Both the position numbers and the translations under genes were made by a program. A stretch of 64,000 nt of DNA. Source: Octopus vulgaris. Taxonomy: Eukaryota. The notes below the pieces were generated by a model, which did not search any database, was not told the DNA's origin, and saw nothing but the letters and a program-made list of their open reading frames with translations. Below, in pieces: positions 1 through 13,269 of the stretch (position 1 is its first letter; each line of letters begins with the position of its first letter). The DNA lies in contig OX597825.1 of the NCBI GenBank assembly GCA_951406725.2, positions 51,522,001 to 51,586,000 on the forward strand. The letters are read 5' to 3'.

Positions 1-958
1 ATATTCTGTCTTCACGTCTATCAGATATCTTCCCGTATCGCTGTTGTCATGGATCGAAATACATTTCAGTTGTTTCACTTTAAGTTCAAAGTGATACTAT
101 GGAGTCTTAAGAAGTGTAATGGAATGAAAAAAAAACACAGTTATTAAAATATTACGGTTGATTATGATGGATAGTGAAATATGGCCTTCATTTATCGACT
201 TTCTGTGAACGACAAACCTGGAAAAAGTCCGAAATTACGTCATAGTTTCTTTGTACAGAAACCTAATTCGCCTAAAATGACTGTGGTTATAACAACTTTA
301 TCTTAATACTGAAGTTTTGTAAAAATAGGGATTTCTGTAAACATCGTTTGACAGATGTTATTTTACGATAAAAAAATAGTAACTGTTTAACAATATCAAT
401 ATTAAAATACAATGATGAGGATCAATACCAATACTGATTAAATTGTGAAATGTTTCTTTATATTTTCTACGAATTAATTCAGTAATTCAGTTTTAAGTAT
501 TCTATATCAGTTTCACGAATATTGTTATCTCACCATTTTTTTTATCAATTATCTGTCTTTGAGTAATAATTGTGGAGTACACAATAAAATATTAGAGTAT
601 ATTATATACCTAACGAGTATAATCTATATTAGTACTGCAGGTTATATACCAGTAACTATAAAATATATCAGTAGTGTATACTGTATGCCAGCAGAGAATA
701 TACAGACCAGTAGACTATATTACATGCGAGCAGAGTGTAGAAAAAACTGTCGAGTATATAGCAAATACATACGAATGGGATAGAATATATAATAAATCCA
801 AATATTATAAATACAAAATATATATTTTCAATGTTTACAATATACTATTAGTGTAGTATAGACCGAATAGAAGTAAGATTATTAGTAGAGCGTAATACAC
901 CCGTATAACAGGCTGCAATCTGCCACAATCGTTAGCACGCACATGTTCAATTCAGACG

Positions 959-1427
959 TTAGGATTGCTTATACGGACCCACACGACAGACCAATAGCAT
1001 CATATCAGTAATTACGTTGATTGTCCTCCGACAATACTTATGCACAAGCTGATAGGTTTTCTCCACATTTCCTGTGCTGACACTCGTGGCAGGTTTTCCA
1101 GATATGTTTTTCGCTTTTGAAGTGCCCGTGCCACTCAAAGCTTGCCGAAGAAGGCTCAATGCCTCTGTAGTAAACTTCTCGAGTTTAACGCAACATTTCA
1201 CGTTGGCACTTTGTTCAAACTTCCTGTCCATGACAAAATCGCAGACTACAGTATACACGTGATCACAAAAATACATATTTCACAACTTGCGACGTAAACA
1301 CAGCAATGTCACTCGGCACACTACCTAATGAAGGTCACTGCTAGCTCTCACTGCGCACACAAGCGTATGCTGCAAACCGCTGGCGTGCTACAGAACTTGT
1401 ATGGGGACTATTTGATATCACCTCGTA
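959..1427 (-). mobile_element. Mariner transposon 5' fragment (one TIR plus decayed N-terminal HTH region)
   Basis: Minus ORF reads FEQSANVKCCVKLEKFTTEALSLLRQA...SGKPATS...RRTI, the mariner paired-like HTH pattern. The minus strand begins TA-CGAGGTGATATCAAATAGTCC, a mariner-type TIR with TA target site. Confidence 0.8.
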
Positions 1428-1534
1428 CGAGTGTAGTTAGATCATATGCCAGTTGAATTATATAATATATACCCGTAGAGTATATTATATATCAATAGAT
1501 ATATGAGTAGAATATATTGGTTTCAAATATATTG

Positions 1535-1697
1535 GTATCAAATTTTGGCAGAAGGCCAGCAATTTCGGAGTAAGGGATAAGTACATTGATACTTATTTTA
1601 TTGGACCTGAAATGATGAAAAGCAAAGTGTATCTCGGCGGAATTTGAACTCAAAATTTTGCTTGGCGTGCTAACGATTCTGCTAGTTTGCCGCCTTA
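1535..1697 (-). mobile_element. tRNA-derived SINE (Meta-domain-like family), degenerate
   Basis: Reverse complement reads aaggcggcaaactagcagaatcgttagcacgcc...gagttcaaattccgccgag...ctttgcttttcatc, matching the copies at 34520, 51222, 60150 and 60378. Confidence 0.75.
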
Positions 1698-2342
1698 TAG
1701 AAATATATTATATTTTGTATTAGTAGAATACATTATATACCAGTAGCATAGAAACTGGACAGTAATTTTGAGGTGTATCGAATATCTTCAACGCGGGATT
1801 CAGTTGCTATCTATTTGAAGATTGTGGTAGAGTAAACATCGGTGGTAGGCGTTTGAAGACAGGCATAAGTTGACAATATTTCTGGTAAAGAATATCATAT
1901 GCTAAGAATAGTTGCTGGAGTAGATGTAATAAGAAACTAACTTCTTATAGGTTGGGAGACGGAATATTTTGCTGGCATTTTGTTGTTCCATCTAAACACA
2001 TTTTATTTGTCATTTTCTCAGTTCCTTTTGCTGTCGTGAATAGGTAATAGACATTCTTACAGAGTAAAAAAAAAACAATAATTAAAGATTAAGAAGGTTG
2101 AAGCTGACAGCTAGGAGCATAAATATCTCGTTTTTCAACCACGTTTTATAATTCTATCGAGCTAAAGGGAAGGAAGGTAAATGGCTGAATACTAACATCA
2201 AATATCAGTTTGTGACGATAAGGTCGTCGCAAACGTTTGTCGTGTGTGGTGTACAACTGAAAAATTTATAGAACGCAATACTTTATTAATATTTTCTGCC
2301 ATGGTGCTGTTTGTTTTTCAGACAAATCCTGTGAGAACTTCG

Positions 2343-2428
2343 TATACCAGCTGTACACTGGCGTAATGTAATCGACTAGCCTTACATCATAGAATTTAAC
2401 GCTTTGTGCCTATAGTAGACAGAATTAT
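2343..2428 (+). mobile_element. SINE 3' fragment (same family)
   Basis: taccagctgtacactggcgtaatgtaatcgactag...ttgtgcctatagtagacagaatt resembles the 3' half of the copies at 60150-60595. Confidence 0.55.
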
Positions 2429-2469
2429 TTTTGTTATTATTATTGTTGTTACTGCTGTTGTTGTTATTA

Positions 2470-5400
2470 TTCATATACACGCAACAGATTACACTGTTGG
2501 AAAAAACATCGGGCTACAACATCTAACCTTAGATGCCAAAAACCATCTTAAGTGTCCTAACTGTCGCTAATAACACTGTTTTCTGGAGCTGTACTGAACT
2601 GGGTTTTATGCCTATTTCCTCTATCCCTCTGTTCAAATATTTAAGGATAATTACCAATGCACCTATAAACACAGGAATACATTTCAGCTGAATATTCCAT
2701 AGTCTCTGTAATTCAATGTCTAGTTCCTGGTACTTTGCTATTTTTTCTATACATCTCATGCTGATTTTTTCATCATTTGAGATTGTAAAGTCAATTATCT
2801 GACACTTTCACTTTCTTTTCCTTTTATCTACTACTACTAAATCAAGCATTCTAGCTTCTGTTATCTGTCAGTCTCAATGTAAAAGTCACACAACATTTTA
2901 TATTTCTTGATAGCACTTTACAAGTTTCCTGTTCATACCGTTTATCAGTATGTTCAAATCCTAGCTTTCTACATAACTCCCAGTGGATTACTCTCCTTCG
3001 GTTGTCATGTATTTTCTTGTATTCTTTCTGTGCAAGCATGCTACATTCACTTGCTGTATGAGTAACGCTTTCCTCTTTTGACTTGCATAACCTACATTGG
3101 AAAGCAACTTGGTATTTGTCTACCTTAGCTTTTATCCACTTAGTCCTTAATGCTTGACCTTGCGCAGCTACTAGCAGACATTCTGTCGCCGTTTTCAGTC
3201 TTTCTTTCGGCAAACATAGCCATGTCTCACTACTACTATTTGCTGCAACTATCTTTGGGAATCTACCAAGCAAAGTCTTCACTTACCAGTCAAATACCTT
3301 TTGTTCTTTTTTCTTTTTTCTGTTTTTAACTTTTTAATTTGGTTTCCTTATGTCTTGCTGTGACTCTAGCGGCTTTTAATAAACTTTCTTCACTATTACC
3401 TACATAGGAGTTTATATCTACTCTAGCTAACTCTGCACAAACTTCTGATATTATCTCTCGTCCACCTTCCTTTCTAAGTAGCTATAATCTTACTACTTCT
3501 GCTCTTGGGGAAGTCTTCCATTCATATTGAATTCCTTCCTAGATCTTCAGTTTAGCTTTCCTAATTCAGTTTTTGTCCAATCTACAAAAGCTGCTGAGTA
3601 TCGAAGTAATGATACTGCATTAGTATCTACTGCCTGCTCTAGATTCGGTACCTTTAGCATAGACTTCATTAGCTTCCTTTCCCTTCTGATCTATCCAGTT
3701 TTCGTTTTCATGTCTATAGTTAGTAGTCTGTCAGATTCCAATACTCCCTCTTTCAGTGATTTTAATGTCTGGACATCTGACAATAGGATGCCATCAATGT
3801 TGACTACCTCTGCTCTTACCATGACTAATATTGCACATTTAACTATGCCAAATCCATGCCTGTATCTTTGCTGAAGTGTCTTACAGTCTGTATTAAGGAA
3901 TCTGTCTCCTTCCCATGCTTACTAACTAAAAAGATTCAGATCATCCATGTAGAGCAAATGGTTAATTTTTCCATTACTATATCTGAACTGAAAACTTGAC
4001 TTTTCCTTAATGCTAAACTGAGGGAGGGGGTCAAATATAACACAAATAGTAAAGGGGACAACGAGTTCCCCAGGAAAATTCTCTCTTCCTATTAGCTTTC
4101 CCTAAGACTGTAACATGAGTAGAGATCTACTTTCCATTTCTTTATGTTAAAGCCACTTAATTCTCATATGTTGTTTGCTATACTGAATACTCTCACACAT
4201 TAACTTATCTATGAGTATGGGATCATGTCATAAGATTTCTTATAATCTATCCATGCTACGATTAGATTTTTCTTTCTTTTACTTACTTTATAACGGCTTT
4301 GTCTATGTATAATAGATCATGCTTTCCTTTAGTCTTCTTCCTGTAACCTCTCTGTTCGTCTGACAGTAAATTCTGGTTGTCAAGATGCTTTCTGAAAGCA
4401 TTCCTCTAAACAGCTTCCACACGAATGGTAAGCGAGTGATTGGTCTAAAATCGCTAACTGTATTACACTTGCTTTTATCTTTCATAAGTAGTGTTTTTCT
4501 CCTTCTAGCCATCCAAGCTGGTATTATTCCTCCATTAAAGTAATCCTGAAGTTGTTGCCTCCGTCTCCTATGTAGAATGCTAAATTTCTTTAATCAGTAC
4601 CCTTGCACTAAATCTGGTCCTGGGCCCTTCCAATTCGGCATTTTCCTTACACTTTACTCATTAATACCCAATATCTGGCTGCTTCTCACTATTTCTTCCC
4701 TCAGTTTCTTTAACCATACTGCATCTCCATTATAATTGACTGGGCTATCGCAAATATTTCTCCAGAACTTTCTAGCTTCTTCTGCATTAGGCTTCTCATC
4801 TTCAGTACTTCGTTCTCCACTATTTAATCTGTTATAAAGTATCCGCTGGTCTCTTTCAAATAATCTGTACTGTTGATACTGGTCTATTCTTTTCTGATAT
4901 CTGGAGAGCATCACTGCTACTGCTATGATACGCTGTTTCAACTCTTCTGTTATTGTCCCAAATCCTTTCTCTTTGACTATGTATCTTTTCTCAAGGGAAA
5001 ATTTACATCTTGTGATTCCTAACTTGTTCAGTCTGCAGGCTTCTATTCTACTTAGATGGTTCTTAAAGTCTTCACTTTATTTTGAAGTCTCCTTTTCCAC
5101 ATTTGCTCTTTTTTAATCTTTCTTCTAGTGACTGCAGCCCTCATGCATAGATCAATAAGTTAGTGTCTCCTATATTTTTAGGATCTATCCTACTGATAAC
5201 AGAATCTCCTTCCAAGTCATTTTTAGAAGCTTCCATCTGTTGGTGTCTTTTAATGCTGGCAATTTCTACTTTATTTTTTTTTACTTATTACTTGCTACAA
5301 CTCATCTAAAATCTTCTGATCAACCTCACTTAAACCATTTAAGTCGCTGGTGCCAGTTGCCCTTTCCTTATTGGTAGCGCTATTATTATTTTTTCATTAG

Positions 5401-5900
5401 CGCTCTTCTTTGGTTGGAGCTGTATCGCTTATGCTGTTGTTTGCCTTTCCTGCTGCCTTGTCTTTCTTTTTCAGTTCTCTTGTGATCTCTTCTACCTCAA
5501 ATTCTGTCATCCAGTTTCTTCTTATATTAGCGTGAGATTGATCTACTAATCTCTGATCAATCACTTTAAACATACCTTTCTCTACCCAAAGTACTAACAT
5601 CCGTTTTCTATAGCCCATTCTGTGAGGTTCACTTTCTAAGTAACACTGCATCATTATCCTGTTTTCTTTGTCGGTTCACTACCTCCTTCTTAATTAATTA
5701 TCTGCTGAATCTCTATTAGAATAACAGCTGTGGTCAGTCTGCATCTTTCCTAAATGGTCCAGCTTCCTTTTCACTGTTACAACCAGAGTTACTTCGCAAA
5801 CCCTCGACTCTCATAAACCGGGGTAAGGTAACATTCGTGACCAACGTCATCACCGCTTCAACGTCAACTTTCAAGCAACTTTCTGTTGCATCATGTGTTG
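2470..5900 (-). mobile_element. R4/Dong-clade non-LTR retrotransposon (RT + CCHC + RLE), near full length but heavily decayed
   Basis: Collinear minus ORF pieces: N-terminal MMQCYLESEP..GYRKRM..QRLVDQ; SRYQKRIDQYQQYRLFERDQ..KFW; DFRPITRL; HLLYMDDL (cat ttg ctc tac atg gat gat ctg near 3940-3960); CRLCKSKEESVTHTASEC; KIAKYQELDIELQRLW..IPVFIGAL..LQKTVLL. The 3' end abuts a degenerate TTA/TTG tract. Confidence 0.9.
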
Positions 5901-6320
5901 CACCTTTGTACTGGTAGGGTGGTGTGTTCTGCATTTTTTGGTGGTGGGAAAGATATTGTATTGTATATGTATGATTTGTTATGGGGTTTGGTTTAAACCT
6001 GGTGCATTAGTTTTTGCATTGTGTAATGTTTGTCCAGCGCAGGTTGTATTCTTCTGTCAACTATCGGTCTTCTATGGCACATGCTGTGAGATTTGTTCAT
6101 TTTATTGGATATTTGTGGCATGTGTTTAATCCTGTATGCTTTTAGAGGAGTATTGCATAGTAATGTGTGTAAAACATAAATCAACTATTTCATAGTATTT
6201 ATGGTTATATGTCCCCGTTCTTCCCCTTTTGGTTTTTGTTATGGGTTCTTTCCACAGCGTTTACCTTTTTAATTGAACACCGCCTATGGACTTGTGTTGC
6301 TTCTTTCGTAGTTATAATTA
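5900..6320 (-). mobile_element. Possible N-terminal fragment of another R4/Dong element
   Basis: Weak resemblance (KRGR...CF...IVDRRIQ) to the N-terminal block of the other two Dong elements. It lies between them in the same orientation. Confidence 0.3.
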
Positions 6321-6329
6321 TTATTTATG

Positions 6330-7320
6330 TATTGGCGAGAGACTGAGAAGACACTGGATCTTGCACGTCCCCGCCTTAGTTACTCTCTCTGGTTTGTGTT
6401 TATACGACGTCTTGCCTCACTCTGTCCCCACTTCCCCTCAGTTTTCAATGAAGCACTACACCATTGTGTCGCCTAAACTTATATCGGTTTTGGGCAAGCC
6501 GAAGGCATTCTCTCACAAAATGGGTGATGGATCAGTCGACTGTAATACCGATGCTGCATGGTGGTGGCACACATTCTTTCCTAGGTGGAGCCTCCAATTT
6601 GTAGCTAATGGTTGAACTTGCACTGTCAATATTTTGCTTTCAGTCTCTTTTGTCAATGTTCCTATCATCAACAGTCCCAACATTGTTCTCTGGCAACTTC
6701 AGTTGCGGCTGCATGGAATCGATTGAGTAATTCCTTGTTGCGTAGTGATTCTTCATGTCCTTCTTGTAATTCTTGCCTTTTTCCTTTCTTCTTTCCTGCA
6801 TTTAATATGATTTCATCTATAACTGCTACTAGCAAGATTTTCTCCCTTTGGGATAAATATCTCAGCTGTTTCAAAGTTCGATATGTACACAGTATTCACC
6901 ATTTATCAGTCCCCATTGTCCATTTACTCTCTTCATATGTAGGCGATCAGTGTCTGCACGTGGATGATGGGCTCAGTGCATTATCAGGAGCTCTCTTGTT
7001 TTCCTGTCCGACTCCTTTAGCTCATCCTCTGCCCACTTCAGAACTCTACCCTCATACCGAACCACTGCGACTGCGCATGATTTTATTGCAGAAATTATGT
7101 TTCTGGCATTCAAATTTTATTTCAATATCTTTCTCATTTACCGCAAGTACTCGATCGTTGTATTTTGTTTCACATCATTATGCTCAGTTCCATCTGCCTC
7201 AAGTATTACCAGGTATTTATATCCAAATCGACATAGATAATCCTTCTCTTCTGACAAACTTTCCTCCTCTCATTACCATCAGATCACATTTTGAAAGTCC
7301 ACACTCTCTTATGACATCGA
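6330..7320 (-). mobile_element. R4/Dong-clade retrotransposon internal fragment (post-RT thumb to zinc knuckle), a different subfamily
   Basis: Manual minus translation across stops: GLSKCDLMVMRGGK..YKYLVILEAD..MRKILK*NLNARNIISAI..KWAEDELKESDRKTRELL..HPRADTDRL..LTKETESKIL..SITHFVREC..RRHN..YKHKPERV. Confidence 0.85.
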
Positions 7321-7711
7321 GATAAAATGTGCATGATATTGCAGGTGGAGCCCAGTTAGGATTTTCTTCAGGTGAAGCAGCTGTAGCTCATCTCGCTCAA
7401 AAGGTCCCTGAATAAGGTATGATGAACAAAACAACAATTTTTCAAGACGTGAATTATTCAAATCCAAAGGATTCCTTTCAAAATATGGCTATAATACTCC
7501 CCCCTGCTCGTGATCAGAGATGCACATCTTGCCAGGCACTAAAGAAAATTCTCAGCAGATTAAGGTCAAGCAAGTGACAAGCAAATCTGCGAGATTGAGC
7601 AGAATATTTGTTGTAGCCCATCTTTTATGCCATGACTATTGTAGCAGTATTACTTGTCCACTATCTAGTATTTATCTACTGCTATTGTTCTGTTGTCTTT
7701 TACTATAAATG

Positions 7712-7713
<2 letters not shown>

Positions 7714-7790
<77 letters not shown>
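7714..7790. repeat. (TAC)n microsatellite
   Basis: Directly visible perfect trinucleotide run. Confidence 0.98.
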
Positions 7791-7791
<1 letters not shown>

Positions 7792-10700
7792 TTCAGACTT
7801 GTTTCTATGTCAAATTATTATTTAAATCCAGTTCTATATGGCTATTTCCATACCTCTAATGTTACTGACTCGATGAAGGTCATACGTTGTAATCTTATTT
7901 TTCTTATTTTCCTTCACTCATTGAATTACGTAGAAACCTAAATTCCTTATTGTGACTATCTAAATCTCTGCTATTTAGTCTTTGTCAACATGAAGCTTCA
8001 CTATAATATATCTTGTTTTATTTATTCCTGTCTATTTCCTTTCCAACTTTGATACATAAAATAAACTTGTTTCAGAGCTATCACCGCGAAATTCACAGTT
8101 CCAGATTAAGATCTGACAATCTAATCTTATGATTTAATAAAAAGCGATTTTGGATAGAAAACAAAATTATAAATTGGTAATTGAATTTGGGTTCTGTTGC
8201 TTAAACATTATGTCCAAGCAATGTTATCTTTATGATTGTTATTTACGCTTACTGCCAATGTCAGATCTGAGCCGCTGCACCTATTTTTGAATGTATTCGA
8301 AACGTGAGCATCCGGTTTTATATTCAAATATTATTTGGATATAAATTCGTCCCAGATAACTTTGTATAAGAAAATAGGGTATGACCTGAAGGTATTTAAC
8401 TCCTTAGATCTTCCAATGTTATACCTCTGTAGTTTAAATATTAGGATAGCTTTTAGACGTTGTAGACATTACATGCTTATCTCATCCTGATTGTTGTCCT
8501 CTCCGTTCAACTAACGCTACTTAACCTCCCACTGCACACACACACACATGTACACATGTACACACGTACACATGCACATGCGCGTGCACACACACAAAAC
8601 ATCATATGACATCATGCATTTGATTTTGTTAACTGGATTAAAATTTGTCGGATTGATTAACACAATTCTAGGTTTTAAAATGTCATCTGGTGCTCAAATG
8701 CCTTTCATAGATACAATTTACAAGTATTTAGACCAGGTTTCTCCCCCTGCTCCATCCCTAGTATCCACCATTTATTAAGCTGATATTCGAAATAGCCATC
8801 TTGGCTTTCCTAAGACGCAGCAAAGGCGACTTTCATACAGAGAAAATAAAAAGAAAATATTAAATATCTAACTTTTTTTCACTGAAAGAATGGTAAAATG
8901 GTGAAGATGAAAGAATGAAAGTCGAGAAGATACAAGTTACGAAAATTTGAAAATTCAGAGGAGAGCCGTGTAATTACATGGTTCAAAAAGATTAAATAAG
9001 AAATATAGGTTAACATCTTAGCCAACAGGGAAAAGTGGAATGCTTTTTAAGTATGTGATGTTATATCATTGTTGCTGTTGTTTATCTCCAGATTTACTCG
9101 AATGAAGCAGACCTATGACTGAAGGCACTCTAACGCAAACTTCTCGCTCTTGCTTCTATAGATTCAAATGATACTAATATTTTATGATATTTGCAATCAG
9201 CTCACCAGAAACAAAGCGTACTTTTTGTCTATAAAGAAATGTCTAAAATATTATTGAAGTTTCAGGTAATTTTGAAATATTTTAAATGTAAAGAGATTGG
9301 TAAATTTACTTTGTGATTTGTATCTTGAATAATCTAAGATATTTTTGTCTGATCAGACATATTGTACGTAAATATTCGTCTAAAAACCTTCATGTAATCA
9401 ACAGTTACACTATCATCTAAACAGCATTTGTTACTTCTACATGTTATTCTTTTGGAAAGTATAAGGTGTCTAATTGGGAAAACTGAGTCGGTTGGGGCAA
9501 GGCCGTTTCTGATTTCTGGTACTACTCAGCAATAATTAAATTATAGGTTTATAACATAAGCAGTATATTTCTGCTTTCTGAAGAAGTGCACTGATTGGCC
9601 TGTTGTGCTCCTATTCTGTTACTGATGCTATTATTATCGAGAATCTGCTATTGGAGCATTAGACCTTTTGGTCGATTGGTAAGGATGTATATTGAATAAT
9701 TATTTGAAAGGAAGACAAATGAAATGGGATATGAAAATTAAAATAGGAATTTTGGCTGCAAATGACTCTGAGATCATGAGTTTTGAAAATTAGGGGAGAT
9801 AAAACAAATACTATCTGATATCGGGCATATGAACTTCAACAAATCTAATCTATCTACGTAAACCATTATAGAGACAGTAACGTTGAAAAACTATTGAAGG
9901 AATGATTTAGTTGAATTATTGAGTATAGGTGAGTGGAGCAAGTGTAACTGTTGAACATCCAAACAATAACGTCCATTAGATTGTATTCAAGTTTCATAAA
10001 TAAGAACACATTTAATATTTAGTAATATGAAATAGAAGGTAGTTGGATCAGTCATGGCAAAATTTTGTAACGTATAAGAGTCCTTAAATATATTTGAAGA
10101 AAAGATTATGCTTTACTAATTGATTGTAGAGATTGAAATATGTTGTTGATGAGCTATAAATCTGTAAATTGAAATTCTGATGCCAACGAATTTTACTGCA
10201 TCAGAACTGCTTGAAAAATGGAGACATACAACAAAGAACAGAAATCCACCAAATCCCTCTACTCCCTTCTCTATTTAACAAATTCAATGCGTATATCTCA
10301 TATATGCAAGTTTTGTAGTTATTTGTCACGATGCATATTGATATAACCAACGAAACAAGAAAAGAAGTCAAGAAAAAATAAATTCGGAACTGAGGCTAAA
10401 TCAAGGAGGATGAACATCTCTTCGTTCTCGGTACATTTGTACCCTTATTCCAGTTTAAAGAATATCATAAATGTACATCAATACTTATAGTACTATATGA
10501 TTGTGATAATTTACTCCAGATGACAGCATCAATCTATTGTAGATTTTTGCTACAAAAGGATCAACAATGAGCTCACAAATTATATGATAAAAGGTTAAAT
10601 TTTTCTAATTCCTCTCTATTAGAACTTTCAACTCTTTATGACCTTTCTGATTAACTGCTTTTAGATCACAGAATCCAATATGGTATTGTATCGTCTGTAT

Positions 10701-11399
10701 TTTATGTAACGATAGCACATTTTCGAATATGTTTTCCTGTTATTGTGTATAGCGCGTGCTTTCTGCAAGAAAATAGAAAGACATTGTCTCTAAGGAATAT
10801 TTCTTGTGTTAAGGAATTTCTTGGTAATAATTTCTCTTGAGATGATTTAATTTATATGTTTCTTGGTTATATTCTATTCTAAAACTGCATGGCTTAAACA
10901 CTGACATTTTAAAGTGTCTTTCAGTATTGTCAGTGAAATAACTGGTCTTGTTACTTTTTGTGCTTTTTAAATATTACGCTAAATGTTTATTGATTTTCTA
11001 TTGAAGCTGTTGTTAATGTTTTGATATTTTAGTTGTGATCCTCGTCTGTACTATTCAGTTTTCAGTTGTGTTATCCATGTTTCCATTTTTAATTCCGTCT
11101 CTCCACCCTTCTCATTGCAATATCCACTTTTTGGCGTGCTTCCATTCAAAACCTTATTCTGGCATGGCGTCTTCATTTTCATTTCTCTCTTACACTAGCA
11201 GTCAGTGAACATCTTATACTGATACATTACATGTCTTGGTATTTTGATTTCAATTCGGTATGACCGTAACAGTTAATCTCATAAACAAGTCCTTGTGATG
11301 GTTGTCGACAACTTGATGAAACACTAAAACTCACATTCTCATAGAGATTTCAAAGAAATAAAAAAAATTAATACTGGTTTCTTTTTATGGCTTAATGAC

Positions 11400-11760
11400 A
11401 TATTTGCAGAGTCCTGGAGACCTCCTCCAATTAATTCTAAACATGTTGCCGAGGGAGTTATGGGTAGATCATAGGTTACTTCTATTAGAAATGTTTCTCT
11501 AAATATTGACTTGTTACAATCCACAATGTCTTGTCTCACAATAATGGTCCTTAAAGTATTCATATAATAATTCATTATTATTATTTTCAAATTTGACTCC
11601 CACATTTGATCTAGAGCTCGGCGTGCCAATTGCAAATTTATCCATTAAAACTCTTATTTTCTGAATTACGGCTTAAAATATGGCAGGGGTCGGTATATAT
11701 TATTAAGAGAACATTTCAGAAGAGTAGGGCCCATACACTGAATTCCACAGTTATTTAAAG
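11400..11760 (-). mobile_element. Possible CR1-type LINE 3' end remnant
   Basis: MGPTLL...IFRETFLIEVTYDLPITP loosely follows the GP.LFN.LP...FK..LD.FL..VPD.P C-terminal pattern of CR1-group ORF2. Confidence 0.3.
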
Positions 11761-12164
11761 TTAAAGCATATTATATTCAGCCGTTGATACTCTTTACAGT
11801 TGGCAGTCATTGAAATGTGTATGTACAAGCTACACACCTTTCAGAGGTTTTGAACTATCATATCGACCATAGTATTCTATTAATCGAGTCGCTAAGACAT
11901 GATTACACGCACATATACTACGTTTCACACACACACAAACATATTTATTTATTTCACAAAATTTGCCTTGTTGTGTACTGGGCTTTTATGAATTGCCTAC
12001 AGGATTATTCAGTAACCCGTTAAGTGAAATGTTAAGTCAGTGTTTTTGTACTAACTCCGTAATCACTAACTATTCTATGGTTGTTCTTGGACGTTCTTAA
12101 ACACTGTAACCTCAATTTACTTACATACAAACACGCATACATACAAACGCACATATGTATGTAT

Positions 12165-13092
12165 GTAAATAAATAAATATAAACTACACCAAGTACAGGG
12201 CATCACAAATGAGTGAAAAATACGTAAACACGTGCGATAAGTACATGAAAAAATACAAAAAAATACACAATGCAAACAGGACATCACCAACGCGTGATAA
12301 ATATGTAAACACATAATGAGAGACAAGTACTGGACAAAATACCAAAGGAAGTCTAACTCCACCTCAGTTGTTGATTGTTGATTACTCCCTATTTCGCATT
12401 TTCAACGACAAGATAGGAAAACCTCATAAAACAGCGGCATCCAGAAATTCTAAAAATATAAAAACTGTGGAGAGTTCGAGCTTCGAACGAGCAAATAACG
12501 ACAGAATGGACGTACGGAGTAAACAATCGACGAATACAAACATTAAGAACCGTTAGGTCAAGACACATTGTAATGGGAGAAATTTTGAAAGGATATAGAA
12601 TAAATAGAAGAAAATAGTAGAAGAGAGAAAAAGAGAAAAAATGTCGTGAGGCGAGCAAAATGACGTGCAGCCTAATGCACGTCGCGTTCAGAAAAGACAG
12701 AGGTAGAACAAAAAGGCCTGTGGAAGCAAACAGGCAGGGGAGAAGGGAGACAAGAGAGAGGATGAAGGAAAAACCAGAGGGGGGTGATTAGAAGGGAGAA
12801 AGAACGAAGGATTGTAAGGGGTGGAAGATAGACAGTGGACAGCAAAGAAGGGGAGAAACGGAAAATAAAGAGGATTGTAGAGGAATAGTGAGAAAGAAAC
12901 ACAGAAAGAAAGAAAGGGAAGAGAAAGTAGAGTCGCAGAAATTACAAATAGAAGGAAAATTTTACTGTGGACGAGGATTCGTGGTGTTCGATTATGAATA
13001 AATAGATATAAGATACAACAAGTACAGGTCATCACCAACGTGTGAAAAATACGTAAACACACGGGCGAGAAGTACAGGACGAAGTACCCCAA
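12165..13092 (-). mobile_element. Non-coding ~0.83 kb-period element with diverged terminal direct repeats, a structured RNA motif and a GA-rich interior (family C)
   Basis: About 12168-12250 is repeated at about 12996-13085 (aataaata.atataa..taca.caagtacagg.catcac.aa.g.gtgaaaaatacgtaaacac). Purine-rich interior at about 12600-12960. Motif at 12348-12484. Confidence 0.65.
12348..12484 (-). ncRNA. Putative permuted hammerhead-like structured RNA motif (family C copy)
   Basis: Minus: uuccua-UC-uugucguugaaaaugC-GAAA-uagggaguaaucaacaau-caacaa-CUGAGGU. The loop is 16 nt and the spacer 18 nt. uugucg/caacaa pair at 5 of 6 positions. Confidence 0.45.
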
Positions 13093-13269
13093 AAAATGTG
13101 TAACGTTTTCTCTTGTATTCTACTGTATATTTGTAGAATGATACATTTAGGAGCTTTCTTATGAGTACTACAAGATTACTTGAATCCATATATTGTGACT
13201 TAGATGTATATGTGTGTGTGCGCGCGTGCGTGCACGTGCGTTCGTGCGTGCGTGTATATATATATATAA

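Noticed and set aside
6612-7325. 237-aa plus-strand ORF
   Set aside because: It is the antisense shadow of the minus-strand Dong/R4 fragment and has no recognisable motif.
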